This document shows, piece after piece, positions 26,478-36,033 of a stretch of 64,000 nucleotides of DNA. The stretch's first letter is position 1, and each line of letters begins with the position of its first letter. Both the position numbers and the translations under genes were made by a program. The notes under the pieces were generated by a model. The model saw only the letters and a list, made by a program, of their open reading frames with translations, searched no databases and was not told the DNA's origin. The stretch lies in the sequence record PQ657772.1, one strand, 5' to 3'.

Positions 26478-26547
26478 AATGCCAGTACTTGAGTACTGGC
26501 ATTTCTTTTTTTGATTAAATATAGTATAATGAATAAAGGAGGAAAAT
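26478..26547 (+). repeat. terminator-promoter-RBS junction cassette
   Basis: same architecture as the other junctions. Confidence 0.85.
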
Positions 26548-27738
26548 ATGTTACCTTTTGTTAGATTGTTTGATTATGGGAATATCACACCTGAACCTCT
26601 TCTAATTAAGAAAATAATACCAACTGATACTGATGTGGTTGTACTTTATACTGACGGTCAACTATACGCACGAGGAAATAATAGTTATGGGAAGTTCGGT
26701 CGCGGAAATAATAATGCAGTAAGGTCGTGGACATTAATTAGAGAAAATGTCAAAGATTGCTGGATGACACAAGGAACTTTGTTAGTTCAAGATAAGGACT
26801 TAAATTATTTTTATTGTGGATATGGTGGTCATATTGGTTTAGAAACTAGTACTACATCATTTTTAAGTTATAACCAATATATTGAAAATTTGTACACACA
26901 AAGTTCAGGTACTTCAATTAAACAGATGTATGCAGGTACTACGTGGTTTACTTTCTTAATGGATAATAATACAATATGGAGTACTGGTTGGAGTGGGGCT
27001 AGACAATTCGCTGATGGTACTGGTAGTACTCAACAAATAACAGATGGATCATTTGTAAAAGCTGTCACGCCTAATGTTGATATTGCACGAATACAGTCAA
27101 CAAATAGCTGTGTAATGTTTTATGATACACAAAATAATTTATATATTGGTGGTAGTACATCAGGTATAAGTACTACTGATACATGGACTCCATACAATCA
27201 ATATACTTTATATCAGCCAAGTACAACATATACAAAAACATTACAATATGTTGTATGTACAATTGGTGCAGTCAGTGCTTTAGTGGAGAATCCAAGTACA
27301 GGAGCACGTCAGTTCCTAGTGGGTGGGAACGCCAATAATGGGGCATGGGGTAATAACACTACGTCTAGTACAGCACGAGCAGTATTAGGAAATAATAGTA
27401 CAACCTTACCACCCGGTACTTTGTATTCAATTCATACTGGATACCCAGCACAATCTAGTATACTAGTTACGAGTTCTGGTGTATATGCAACAGGTTTAAA
27501 TGCGAGTAGTTATGCTGGTTCATTGGGTGTTGGTTCTAATGTTACCATTGGTAAATTTACTGCATGTCCATTGCCGTCAGAAATAACATATTCTATGTAT
27601 GATAAAATAAAAATATATCGAGGGTCGTTACGTACTTTCCTAACTGCTGATATGAAAAATATATATTCAACCGGAACTTATGATGATGGTGGTCCTAGTA
27701 CAAATAGATATGTACTTGACACTCCAAGACAACTATAA
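26548..27738 (+). CDS. RCC1-like beta-propeller protein 9/13
   Basis: tag; LYARGNNSYGKFGRG. Confidence 0.85.
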   Translation: MLPFVRLFDYGNITPEPLLIKKIIPTDTDVVVLYTDGQLYARGNNSYGKFGRGNNNAVRSWTLIRENVKDCWMTQGTLLVQDKDLNYFYCGYGGHIGLETSTTSFLSYNQYIENLYTQSSGTSIKQMYAGTTWFTFLMDNNTIWSTGWSGARQFADGTGSTQQITDGSFVKAVTPNVDIARIQSTNSCVMFYDTQNNLYIGGSTSGISTTDTWTPYNQYTLYQPSTTYTKTLQYVVCTIGAVSALVENPSTGARQFLVGGNANNGAWGNNTTSSTARAVLGNNSTTLPPGTLYSIHTGYPAQSSILVTSSGVYATGLNASSYAGSLGVGSNVTIGKFTACPLPSEITYSMYDKIKIYRGSLRTFLTADMKNIYSTGTYDDGGPSTNRYVLDTPRQL

Positions 27739-27745
27739 CAATAAT

Positions 27746-27812
27746 GCCAGTACTTTGTACTGGCTTTTATTTTTTTTTGATTAAATATAGTATAATGAAT
27801 AAAGGAGGAAAT
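27746..27812 (+). repeat. terminator-promoter-RBS junction cassette
   Basis: same architecture as the other junctions. Confidence 0.85.
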
Positions 27813-29000
27813 ATGTTACCTTTTGCAAGAATGGTTAAGTACGGGAATAAAGTCATTCCATATGTTCCCAATTTTACTAAATTAGTCACCCCAGCAGTTG
27901 GTTATTCATTTACATGCACAATGCTGCTTGATGTAAATGGATCAGTGTGGGCTATGGGTCTTCAGAATGCAGGAATTTTTGGGTTAGGTAATACTACACA
28001 GGTTACTGAATGGACAAAAATATATAACAATGTTAAAGATTTTTGGTGCAGCACGGGGAATGGTTTTTGTCTAATACGAACAAATGATGATAGATTCTTT
28101 TATAGTGGTTTAGATAAATGGCTAGGTAACAATACAACAAATACTGTAACAACATTCACTGAATGTACGAGTTATTTTACACAATTTGGTATTTCAAAAA
28201 TCAAAGAGATATATGTAGGTCTTGATTATGCTTTGATTTTAGGTACTGATAATAGTTTATATTTGTTAGGTGATAATAAAAATTCAAAGTTTGGTTTAAA
28301 CACTGCATCATATTTTAATAAATTTACATTTTTAGTCGATAATGTTAAAAAATTCTGTTCATCCATCACACCATCTAACTGGATTATTAAACTAGATAAT
28401 ACAATATGGCGTACTGGGACAACATCTCATGGAACGTTGGGAAATGGAGTTCAAAACACATATATATTTCCTTGGGTTCAATATAAGGGCACACCTGTTA
28501 CCGAAGCTATAGACGTTTTTTGTAGTGCGAGTTATATTGGTATTATAACTAAAGGTACACCAGAATCATGTCCTATGTATACACTAGGCTATCAAGCTGA
28601 TGGTCAGTTGGGTAATAATACTACAGCAGGGGGTTATAAATTAACGCCAACATTATCGAAAACCGTTCCAGATGATAGTGAATTCATTCGAATTGAAAAC
28701 ATCTCATCCCGTGGTCTGGTATATTATAGCTCTGGTAAAATTTATAGTACTGGTTATAATAACAATGGTCAGTTGGCAAATAATACTAAAATCAATTCTG
28801 GTTCATTTGTTGAAGCAATTTTACCTAATGGTGTTAACTTTAAGAAAAGTGAATCACTTGTAGCTGGGAACGATGCAACGTTGTATATGTACATTAATAA
28901 TAAATTATACTACGCGGGGAAATCTCCTGATAATATTTCAGCAAGTAGTTCGTCTGTCATGAAAGAATTCCCACTTCCAACAATTAATGCCAGTACTTGA
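27813..29000 (+). CDS. RCC1-like beta-propeller protein 10/13
   Basis: start moved to MLPF; IYSTGYNNNGQLAN; stop codon lies in the terminator loop. Confidence 0.85.
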   Translation: MLPFARMVKYGNKVIPYVPNFTKLVTPAVGYSFTCTMLLDVNGSVWAMGLQNAGIFGLGNTTQVTEWTKIYNNVKDFWCSTGNGFCLIRTNDDRFFYSGLDKWLGNNTTNTVTTFTECTSYFTQFGISKIKEIYVGLDYALILGTDNSLYLLGDNKNSKFGLNTASYFNKFTFLVDNVKKFCSSITPSNWIIKLDNTIWRTGTTSHGTLGNGVQNTYIFPWVQYKGTPVTEAIDVFCSASYIGIITKGTPESCPMYTLGYQADGQLGNNTTAGGYKLTPTLSKTVPDDSEFIRIENISSRGLVYYSSGKIYSTGYNNNGQLANNTKINSGSFVEAILPNGVNFKKSESLVAGNDATLYMYINNKLYYAGKSPDNISASSSSVMKEFPLPTINAST

Positions 29001-29051
29001 TACTGGCTTTTCTTTTTGATTAAATATAGTATAATGAATAAAGGAGGAAAT
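28989..29051 (+). repeat. terminator-promoter-RBS junction cassette
   Basis: same architecture as the other junctions. Confidence 0.85.
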
Positions 29052-30401
29052 ATGTTACCTTTTGCGAGAATGGTTAAGTACGGAAATAAAGTTGAAGCCT
29101 CTACTGTGAAGAAATTCGACTCCATTGGTATGGGTCATGATAGGAATGGTGGTGGTAATTGGTTTGGTGCAATATTAGCATCAAATGGAAATTTATATGG
29201 TATTGGTCAAACAAAATATGTTTCTTTTGGTATAACACCAACCAATGGTACAGGAATTGAATTAGTACGAAAAAATGTAAACAATTTTTGGCTACTATCA
29301 AATGGAATAATAGTTAAAGATAATGATGGTTCATATCATTTTTGTGGTGTATATGCAAATGGAATATTCACACATTCAAGTATAACTACAGCACCTTTTA
29401 TAACAAATGGTTTTATAAATGTATCTTCTTATTTTTCTAACGTAGGTGAAGTTGTGGAAATGGTATTCTGTGGTGGATATGATAAAGGTCCAGCAACATC
29501 ATTAACCCCAGCATACACTTCAAAATATAGTTGTATTTTGGCAGCATTGAACACTAATGGTGAAATCTGGTATATGGGTTTGTCGATTCAAGGTTTAATA
29601 AACAACTCCACATCAGATTACTACTTTACTTCTTTTACTAAAGATAATCAATTGACACAAAAAGCAGTTTCATTAAGATGCACAATAGACATGTCACATA
29701 ATAATGTGTATTTTGTTGGTAATAGACCTGTACTTTATGCCAAATTAGAAGATGGTACAATCGTAGGTAAGGGATATAATATACGATATGGTATACAAAA
29801 ACCAGCTAGTACAAACCAAGTGATTAAAACGTGGACTACAGTGGCTGTAATCGGAACAGCAGATGATTTTGATGCAACAAACGAAGGCATGATGTACTGC
29901 TCAAATTCACAACTATATCGCTGTGGTAATGGTGGTGGTTTTTCTTTCTGGAATGGTACAAGTAGTGTGTATTATATGGGCTACAACGTTGGTATGTTTC
30001 TAATCGGTGCGAATGACGTCAACCGTGTAGCGGGTGGTTTTAACGTCCTAACTACAGGGATTAAAGATGATGTAGGTATAAATGTACCAACTTCATCCAG
30101 TACCAAAATACGAATGAACTACTGTGGAACTGTAATTTTTGAACCCGGAACAACATCAATATATAAAGCACATGGTGTTTATAGTGATTACTATGCTAGT
30201 CCTTCATGGCAAGCGGGTGCAGTCGCTTCATTTACATATGAAGACATTGGTATTAAAATCAAAGATGCTATGTATGTTGGTGGTACTCTTGGGTTTACAA
30301 CATATGGATTATTAGTGGTTAGTACTGAAGGTAAGGTATATTGGAGAGGTGTGTACAACGGTGTAACATATCAAACACTCACAGAAATACATTTGTTGTA
30401 A
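29052..30401 (+). CDS. RCC1-like beta-propeller protein 11/13 (most divergent, 449 aa)
   Basis: start moved to MLPF; SNGNLYGIG and TEGKVYWRG blades. Confidence 0.8.
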   Translation: MLPFARMVKYGNKVEASTVKKFDSIGMGHDRNGGGNWFGAILASNGNLYGIGQTKYVSFGITPTNGTGIELVRKNVNNFWLLSNGIIVKDNDGSYHFCGVYANGIFTHSSITTAPFITNGFINVSSYFSNVGEVVEMVFCGGYDKGPATSLTPAYTSKYSCILAALNTNGEIWYMGLSIQGLINNSTSDYYFTSFTKDNQLTQKAVSLRCTIDMSHNNVYFVGNRPVLYAKLEDGTIVGKGYNIRYGIQKPASTNQVIKTWTTVAVIGTADDFDATNEGMMYCSNSQLYRCGNGGGFSFWNGTSSVYYMGYNVGMFLIGANDVNRVAGGFNVLTTGIKDDVGINVPTSSSTKIRMNYCGTVIFEPGTTSIYKAHGVYSDYYASPSWQAGAVASFTYEDIGIKIKDAMYVGGTLGFTTYGLLVVSTEGKVYWRGVYNGVTYQTLTEIHLL

Positions 30402-30407
30402 TATAGT

Positions 30408-30471
30408 GCCAGTACAGAGTACTGGCTTTTCTTTTTGATTAAATATAGTATAAAGAATAAAGGAGGGAATT
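30408..30471 (+). repeat. terminator-promoter-RBS junction cassette
   Basis: GCCAGTAC..GTACTGGC; TAAATAtagTATAAA. Confidence 0.8.
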
Positions 30472-31605
30472 ATGTTACCTTTTGCAAGAATGGTTAAGTA
30501 CGGGAATATAAAAGTAAAGAGTACTATCCAAAAAGTTATCCTTGGTGGTGGTCAATGTGTGGTAACATTACTCAGTGATGGTAGAGTGTATGGACGTGGT
30601 TACAACACTACACATGGGTTAGGTACTGGTACAACAACATTCGTAAGTGATTGGGTATTAATGGGAGATAATATTGTTGATATCCATTCAAATGGTGTTA
30701 CTGGAACATTCCTTATTACCAAAGAAAATAGAATATTGTATTCTGGTTTTGCGACACCAATCAATGGCACAACATCACATTATACACGTTTCACTGATTT
30801 AACATCAACTGTATTTGCTGCGGTGGATGTTAGTAATATTAAAACAATTACGGGAAATGGTAATGTTACAATGGTTCTTTTGAATGATGGTTCACTTTAT
30901 GGGAGTGGTGCAAATACAGGGGTTATAGGTAATGGTAGTAACGTTGCATTATCAACACAAACATATGTGACTAATGATGTGCGTGATGTGAAAACATATC
31001 CATCAATGAACACTATAACAAAAAATAATAATCAAATATTGGCTAGTGGTATTTTATACCAAGGCGTGAACGGTACAAATTCATCAATAAACACGTCTTC
31101 ATATACATTACTGTACACATTACCGAGTTCTGATTGTTTTCAATTTGCATTTGATACATATACATTTGGATATGTTGACCCTAGTACTAACACTTCTTAT
31201 ATAAGAGGTATACCAATAAATGGTTCATTAGGTAATGGCGTTACTAATAATACAGCAGTTACAACATGGGTTACTAAAGTTTGGAATACACCAATTGATA
31301 GTTCTATACCTAATAAATCATATACAACTAACCATGTCTCCTTGTTCAATGATGGAAACTTATGGACAACTGGTGCATCTAGTGTAGGTTATTCCAATGG
31401 TACAAATAGCACAACAGCTAATACATGGACCAGTTCATCTAATTTACCATTCAACACTAATAACATAACAGACTATGCTTTTGGTGGTAGTATTACTGTA
31501 GTGGTAATCGACTACAGGACTATGTACATACTAGCTAACAACGCCATTGCTGGTACTGCTACGACAACTTATAAATTTGAGCCATATAATTCTCCACCAG
31601 TTTAA
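30472..31605 (+). CDS. RCC1-like beta-propeller protein 12/13
   Basis: tag; VYGRGYNTTHGLGTG. Confidence 0.85.
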   Translation: MLPFARMVKYGNIKVKSTIQKVILGGGQCVVTLLSDGRVYGRGYNTTHGLGTGTTTFVSDWVLMGDNIVDIHSNGVTGTFLITKENRILYSGFATPINGTTSHYTRFTDLTSTVFAAVDVSNIKTITGNGNVTMVLLNDGSLYGSGANTGVIGNGSNVALSTQTYVTNDVRDVKTYPSMNTITKNNNQILASGILYQGVNGTNSSINTSSYTLLYTLPSSDCFQFAFDTYTFGYVDPSTNTSYIRGIPINGSLGNGVTNNTAVTTWVTKVWNTPIDSSIPNKSYTTNHVSLFNDGNLWTTGASSVGYSNGTNSTTANTWTSSSNLPFNTNNITDYAFGGSITVVVIDYRTMYILANNAIAGTATTTYKFEPYNSPPV

Positions 31606-31612
31606 TATAATT

Positions 31613-31638
31613 CCAGTACTATGTACTGGCTTTTCTTT
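31613..31638. terminator. terminator between convergent genes
   Basis: CCAGTAC-TAT-GTACTGG + T-tract. Confidence 0.7.
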
Positions 31639-32288
31639 TACATATTATATAATGTGAATGCAGTCACTTTACCAGTTGTTGTTAGTTCATTATAAAGATA
31701 CTCCAAGATTCTCGCACACTCTAAGTATATCTCGATATCATCATGAATAAGTGAGTACTGAAATAGCTGTTCTTCAGATAATTTGTATTGACTTCCTTTT
31801 AATGAATTGAGAATATCTTTCACATCATCAAGTACTGGGTAAAGTACGAAATCTTCATCATATTTTGAAGCAATAAATTCAAATCCACCACCATCAGTAC
31901 TAGATATACCAATCAGTACTTTATCAATCAAGTTAATGTTTATATAACGGTTGTGATTTGGGTGAATTGAAATCTCAAACATAAGAGTACTGTTACAATC
32001 AACATCAATATACAAATATACATCATTGAATTTATAAGTTAAGCAACCGTACTCAAGAAAATCAGAGCAAATAATTGATGAGTTTTTTCTCGTCTCTGCG
32101 TAATGCATCTTGATATTCTTTTCACGCATAAGTAATTCGAACTTTGCACTAAACTTGCCACCAGCAAGATAGTTAGTATTAGGACGTTTGTAACTTGCAA
32201 CTGGTCGGTGGGATGATGTAAAGTATTTTTTTGTGAATCGTTTATGTTTAGTGAAATATTCTTGATAGAACTTACTTCTTTTATTCAT
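31638..32288 (-). CDS. hypothetical protein, dispersed EExF(Q/M)xS(L/I/T)(I/V) family
   Basis: LSEEQLFQYSLIHDD; GAGG RBS; antisense insertion in the propeller array. Confidence 0.8.
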   Translation of the reverse strand: MNKRSKFYQEYFTKHKRFTKKYFTSSHRPVASYKRPNTNYLAGGKFSAKFELLMREKNIKMHYAETRKNSSIICSDFLEYGCLTYKFNDVYLYIDVDCNSTLMFEISIHPNHNRYININLIDKVLIGISSTDGGGFEFIASKYDEDFVLYPVLDDVKDILNSLKGSQYKLSEEQLFQYSLIHDDIEIYLECARILEYLYNELTTTGKVTAFTLYNM

Positions 32289-32365
32289 GAGTACCTCAAT
32301 TAAATCGCTGTAAAATTGTACATTATAAAATGATTAAATAAAGTATAACACAAGGAGATTTTATC

Positions 32366-33490
32366 ATGTTACCTTTCGTATTGTTATTTGATTATGGGAA
32401 CGAAAAACAAGAAAGTTCTTATGATGTTAGTGTATATGGAAACAATAACTACATTTTAAATAAACAAACTGGAAACCTTTTTGCATCCGGTGCTGCGGCA
32501 TTCATGGGTGATAACACAGTTAAGTATTATATTACCCAAATAGAATCAAATGTTCATAGCTGTGAGATAGGTTTCCTATCATCATGGATAATTAAGAAGG
32601 ACAAAACTGTTTTCATTTTAGGAAACAAAAGCAGTATTGGATTAACTGATTCGACAACATCATGGTTCGAAATTACAAACTTATTTTCTGCTGTTCCTGA
32701 AATATGGGACAACCTATTTGAATGTAAAGTTCAATTGGGATATAACTGCATACGTGTTATGACACCACTAGGATCAATATATGCGATTGGTACAAACACT
32801 TATGGTGCATTGGGTACTGGTACTACATCCTCATCCACTTCGTTCGTTAAAAGTGGTGCTGTGGATGCTGTACGCATGGAATCAACAGAACGTTCAGTGT
32901 TCTATCAAAACAGTTCTGGACAATGGTTTGGATGTGGTGATAACACATATGGTATACTAGGTCTAGGAACTACCGCTAGTCGTGTAAACTCATACACCGC
33001 ACCAGTATGGACTAATGCAGAAGCTGTTAGCTTCTCTAACCGTGGAATCATATACAGCCTCAATGGTACTCTATACTCATGTGGTGACAAAGTTAATGGT
33101 CAGCTAGGGGATGGATATACACAAAGCATAGACGCAGCCAGGAGCACACCATACACCATAGGAACCGCATTCCAAATTGGTAAGGCAATAACATCAGCTA
33201 CACAAGCATCAGCCAACGTATTCATTGGTAAAGATAATAAGTTCTATGGTACTGGTAGTATTGCTGCTGGTATAAATGGTAGTACTAGTGCTGCATTAAG
33301 TAAAGTTACTGCGTTATCAGCAGCACTACCACCTGACATTACATACAATGATATTATAACATTCAATACAGGGACCGTAACTTTTATTCAAGCAAAAGGA
33401 CAACTATATTATGTTGGTAGAAGAACTTACATAGATAATAGTTCAGACGTTACCACACAGTTCAGTGTAATTGGTGGCTTAGATAATTAA
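32366..33490 (+). CDS. RCC1-like beta-propeller protein 13/13
   Basis: MLPFVLLFDYGN; WFGCGDNTYGILGLG and LYSCGDKVNGQLGDG. Confidence 0.85.
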   Translation: MLPFVLLFDYGNEKQESSYDVSVYGNNNYILNKQTGNLFASGAAAFMGDNTVKYYITQIESNVHSCEIGFLSSWIIKKDKTVFILGNKSSIGLTDSTTSWFEITNLFSAVPEIWDNLFECKVQLGYNCIRVMTPLGSIYAIGTNTYGALGTGTTSSSTSFVKSGAVDAVRMESTERSVFYQNSSGQWFGCGDNTYGILGLGTTASRVNSYTAPVWTNAEAVSFSNRGIIYSLNGTLYSCGDKVNGQLGDGYTQSIDAARSTPYTIGTAFQIGKAITSATQASANVFIGKDNKFYGTGSIAAGINGSTSAALSKVTALSAALPPDITYNDIITFNTGTVTFIQAKGQLYYVGRRTYIDNSSDVTTQFSVIGGLDN

Positions 33491-33494
33491 AATT

Positions 33495-33525
33495 AATCCA
33501 GTACTATTATAGTACTGGATTTTTT
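33495..33525. terminator. bidirectional terminator
   Basis: AATCCAGTACT-ATTAT-AGTACTGGATT between convergent blocks. Confidence 0.8.
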
Positions 33526-33526
33526 A

Positions 33527-33898
33527 TTATAACATACGTTTTTTACGAATAGTATTGTGGATATTTTTTAAGTAGTTCACACCTTTACACAACCCATAAA
33601 ATACACCAGCACATACACCAAATGCAGGTATCATACATGCAAACATCGTTATCAATTCCCACATCTCCATACCATCTTGATTCGGTCCAAGGTCAAAGAT
33701 AACAACCAAAACCAAACCTGTGATACTTAGCATATAATATGCCATGAAGATAATAAAAGAAACAATACCAACATCAGAGCGAACTGAATTTAGCATATTA
33801 TATACTGGGGTTACACAGAAGTAATACAATAACCAAATCAAAGAACCTAAACTAAACACAATAATAGTAATGATTGAAAATATTTCACGATAACTCAT
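33527..33898 (-). CDS. 3-TM membrane protein paralog
   Basis: three hydrophobic segments, basic C-tail. Confidence 0.8.
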   Translation of the reverse strand: MSYREIFSIITIIVFSLGSLIWLLYYFCVTPVYNMLNSVRSDVGIVSFIIFMAYYMLSITGLVLVVIFDLGPNQDGMEMWELITMFACMIPAFGVCAGVFYGLCKGVNYLKNIHNTIRKKRML

Positions 33899-33899
33899 T

Positions 33900-34262
33900 T
33901 TAGTTCCTCTTACCTAAACGCTCATGGATTTCGGAAATCTTATTATACATCCATGCCAGCAACTCAACGGATGCACAGAGAATAACCACACACAGTGTTA
34001 GTGAACATACCATAATACCAAATGTTATAAAATTCGAACTCGATGTTAATAATGCAACCAGCATTAGAATAAAACCAAAATTGAATGCTGTACTCAACAC
34101 AGTATATGCTGGACTATATCTCCTTTGTATTACATCATATATATTTGATAATGGTCGCTTATGGAAGTACTTCCCAATGCACACGAATGCATTCAGTGAG
34201 AAGATAAATGTATACGCCATTACCATTAATTGACCAATAAAAGAAAATTCAATATTATTCAT
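33900..34262 (-). CDS. 3-TM membrane protein paralog
   Basis: GKYFHKR after TM1; basic tail. Confidence 0.8.
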   Translation of the reverse strand: MNNIEFSFIGQLMVMAYTFIFSLNAFVCIGKYFHKRPLSNIYDVIQRRYSPAYTVLSTAFNFGFILMLVALLTSSSNFITFGIMVCSLTLCVVILCASVELLAWMYNKISEIHERLGKRN

Positions 34263-34263
34263 G

Positions 34264-34635
34264 TTATCCTCGTTTGCGGTATTTGATGCTTTGGTGCATT
34301 CTCTGAAAATGTGGAACTAATACATATTGTACGGTTTGCCAAATTACCATCAGATTATGGACAGCACCACCGAGTAGACCAAACACTACACAGATAATTG
34401 CCAGTACTGGATCACCATCTACCATACCCCATTTGAATATATGTAAAATCCATACAGTGATAAGTAGTAATAAACTAATCCAATACGTAGTAAAAAATCC
34501 CGCATGTAATTCATAATCATCAGCAATTTCATCGTATACGGTTTCCAAGAAGGATACACAGAAGAACTTGCCAATAATAACAATTGTACTAATAAACAAC
34601 ATAGAAGTTAATATAATAAGTGCAATTTCCATCAC
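34264..34635 (-). CDS. 3-TM membrane protein paralog
   Basis: GKFF after TM1; basic tail. Confidence 0.8.
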   Translation of the reverse strand: MMEIALIILTSMLFISTIVIIGKFFCVSFLETVYDEIADDYELHAGFFTTYWISLLLLITVWILHIFKWGMVDGDPVLAIICVVFGLLGGAVHNLMVIWQTVQYVLVPHFQRMHQSIKYRKRG

Positions 34636-34946
34636 ATCCCTCGTTTACGCTTTTGATTGCGTCTAAATTCGGTTAGCCCACGACTAATCGGTGGCATCAG
34701 ACTACATAAAAAAATAACAGTTGTTGGTAATAACATGAAGTCAATCATTGCTGTATTAACAGGTGGATCACATACCAAATAATACAAACAAGTAATACTA
34801 ATTATGGTTGACCCAATAAAAGGAATACAAAATTCTTTTATCTGTTTTTCAACATAATCAAACATCTTCAATACAAATAAAAATCCAACCCAACACATAA
34901 TAAAATAGAATGAATAAAGCGTGTAAATCAATGTTACGATATCCAT
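34632..34946 (-). CDS. 3-TM membrane protein paralog
   Basis: hydrophobic; basic tail. Confidence 0.8.
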   Translation of the reverse strand: MDIVTLIYTLYSFYFIMCWVGFLFVLKMFDYVEKQIKEFCIPFIGSTIISITCLYYLVCDPPVNTAMIDFMLLPTTVIFLCSLMPPISRGLTEFRRNQKRKRGM

Positions 34947-35284
34947 TAGTACCTCGCATCAGGAACTTTAGCACGTAATTTATGAACGGCTGGGATCAAC
35001 AACAAACTTACATATGCAATAGTTGAACCCCAATAGAATACTAATATAATTGGTTCACCATTAGAACGAAAACCTCTACTAATCATTGAGTAGTGAATAA
35101 TAGGCATAAACATCGCCATAAAAAACCATGCGTGTAATTTTAATTGCAGCATGTTATCAGAGATGAATACTGAAATTGGTCGTTTGAAGAACCACATCAG
35201 AAAGTAGAATCCAGCACTAAGAATATAGTACATAGTACTAACTTTCATATACCACGGCAGTAAGTGTAAAAAATATTCCATCAT
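34946..35284 (-). CDS. 3-TM membrane protein paralog
   Basis: WFFKR after TM1; LRAKVP tail. Confidence 0.8.
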   Translation of the reverse strand: MMEYFLHLLPWYMKVSTMYYILSAGFYFLMWFFKRPISVFISDNMLQLKLHAWFFMAMFMPIIHYSMISRGFRSNGEPIILVFYWGSTIAYVSLLLIPAVHKLRAKVPDARY

Positions 35285-35628
35285 TCCTCCGGTATCTTGT
35301 TTCGAAGTTCAATCATAACACAACAAAGTTTAATGGTCAAGTAAAAAACTACACATATCATACCCAATGTACCGTAAACTGCGGAGAATGCTGGCAGTAC
35401 CTTTCCTGTGAGTGTTGCTACAATACATGCTATCAATGTTGATGCAAACAACGATTGATTAATGAAAGAATTCATAAAATCTTCACCATTACGCTTATAG
35501 AATTGTCGTTTAAAATACCATCCTAGAAACATAACTACCCAAAATGTTACATAACCTGTTAGAATAATCCCTGCAATTGAATGTGCAACAGAACTACTCT
35601 TTAAAAACTCAAGATAAGATTCAAACAT
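35281..35628 (-). CDS. 3-TM membrane protein paralog
   Basis: GWYFKR; LRNKIPE tail. Confidence 0.8.
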   Translation of the reverse strand: MFESYLEFLKSSSVAHSIAGIILTGYVTFWVVMFLGWYFKRQFYKRNGEDFMNSFINQSLFASTLIACIVATLTGKVLPAFSAVYGTLGMICVVFYLTIKLCCVMIELRNKIPEE

Positions 35629-35966
35629 TAGAAGTCCCCACGAATTTTTGCTCTACCATTAATGATGAGATTAAACAAGTATATCAGCACCCAAATTAGT
35701 AATCCAAGGAATACAATATATTGTGATATTGAGTTCAACTGTGGATTAGCACAATAAATTAAGTGTGCGATAAGACCAACAATTGCAAACATACCTTGGA
35801 TAATAGTGAAAAGAAGTAGTGAAATGTTTCCATCAGGATACAGTTTGAAAACGATTTTCTTTTTAAAATACCATAGTACTACAACTAGTGCATGATAAAA
35901 GAAAAAACCAAACAGATAAATCAAAGTAATACTAAGCATTGTATCTGAATTAAAAAACTCAAGCAT
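35628..35966 (-). CDS. 3-TM membrane protein paralog
   Basis: LWYFKK..KLYP; GGAG RBS; promoter 35996-36024. Confidence 0.8.
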   Translation of the reverse strand: MLEFFNSDTMLSITLIYLFGFFFYHALVVVLWYFKKKIVFKLYPDGNISLLLFTIIQGMFAIVGLIAHLIYCANPQLNSISQYIVFLGLLIWVLIYLFNLIINGRAKIRGDF

Positions 35967-36033
35967 ATCGTATCTCCGGTGGTGAATATTAAGTTATAGT
36001 ACTACCATAGTGTAGTACTGTCAATACATGTAA

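Noticed and set aside
17984-29051. Extended N-termini in the ORF track (17984, 21731, 25149, 27744, 29016)
   Set aside because: These upstream frames cross terminators or promoters; the true starts are the RBS-preceded MLPF codons.
16897-33490. Diversity-generating retroelement or invertible shufflon behind the propeller array
   Set aside because: No reverse transcriptase, template/variable repeat pair or recombinase in the window; all cassettes are co-oriented and divergence is not adenine-specific.
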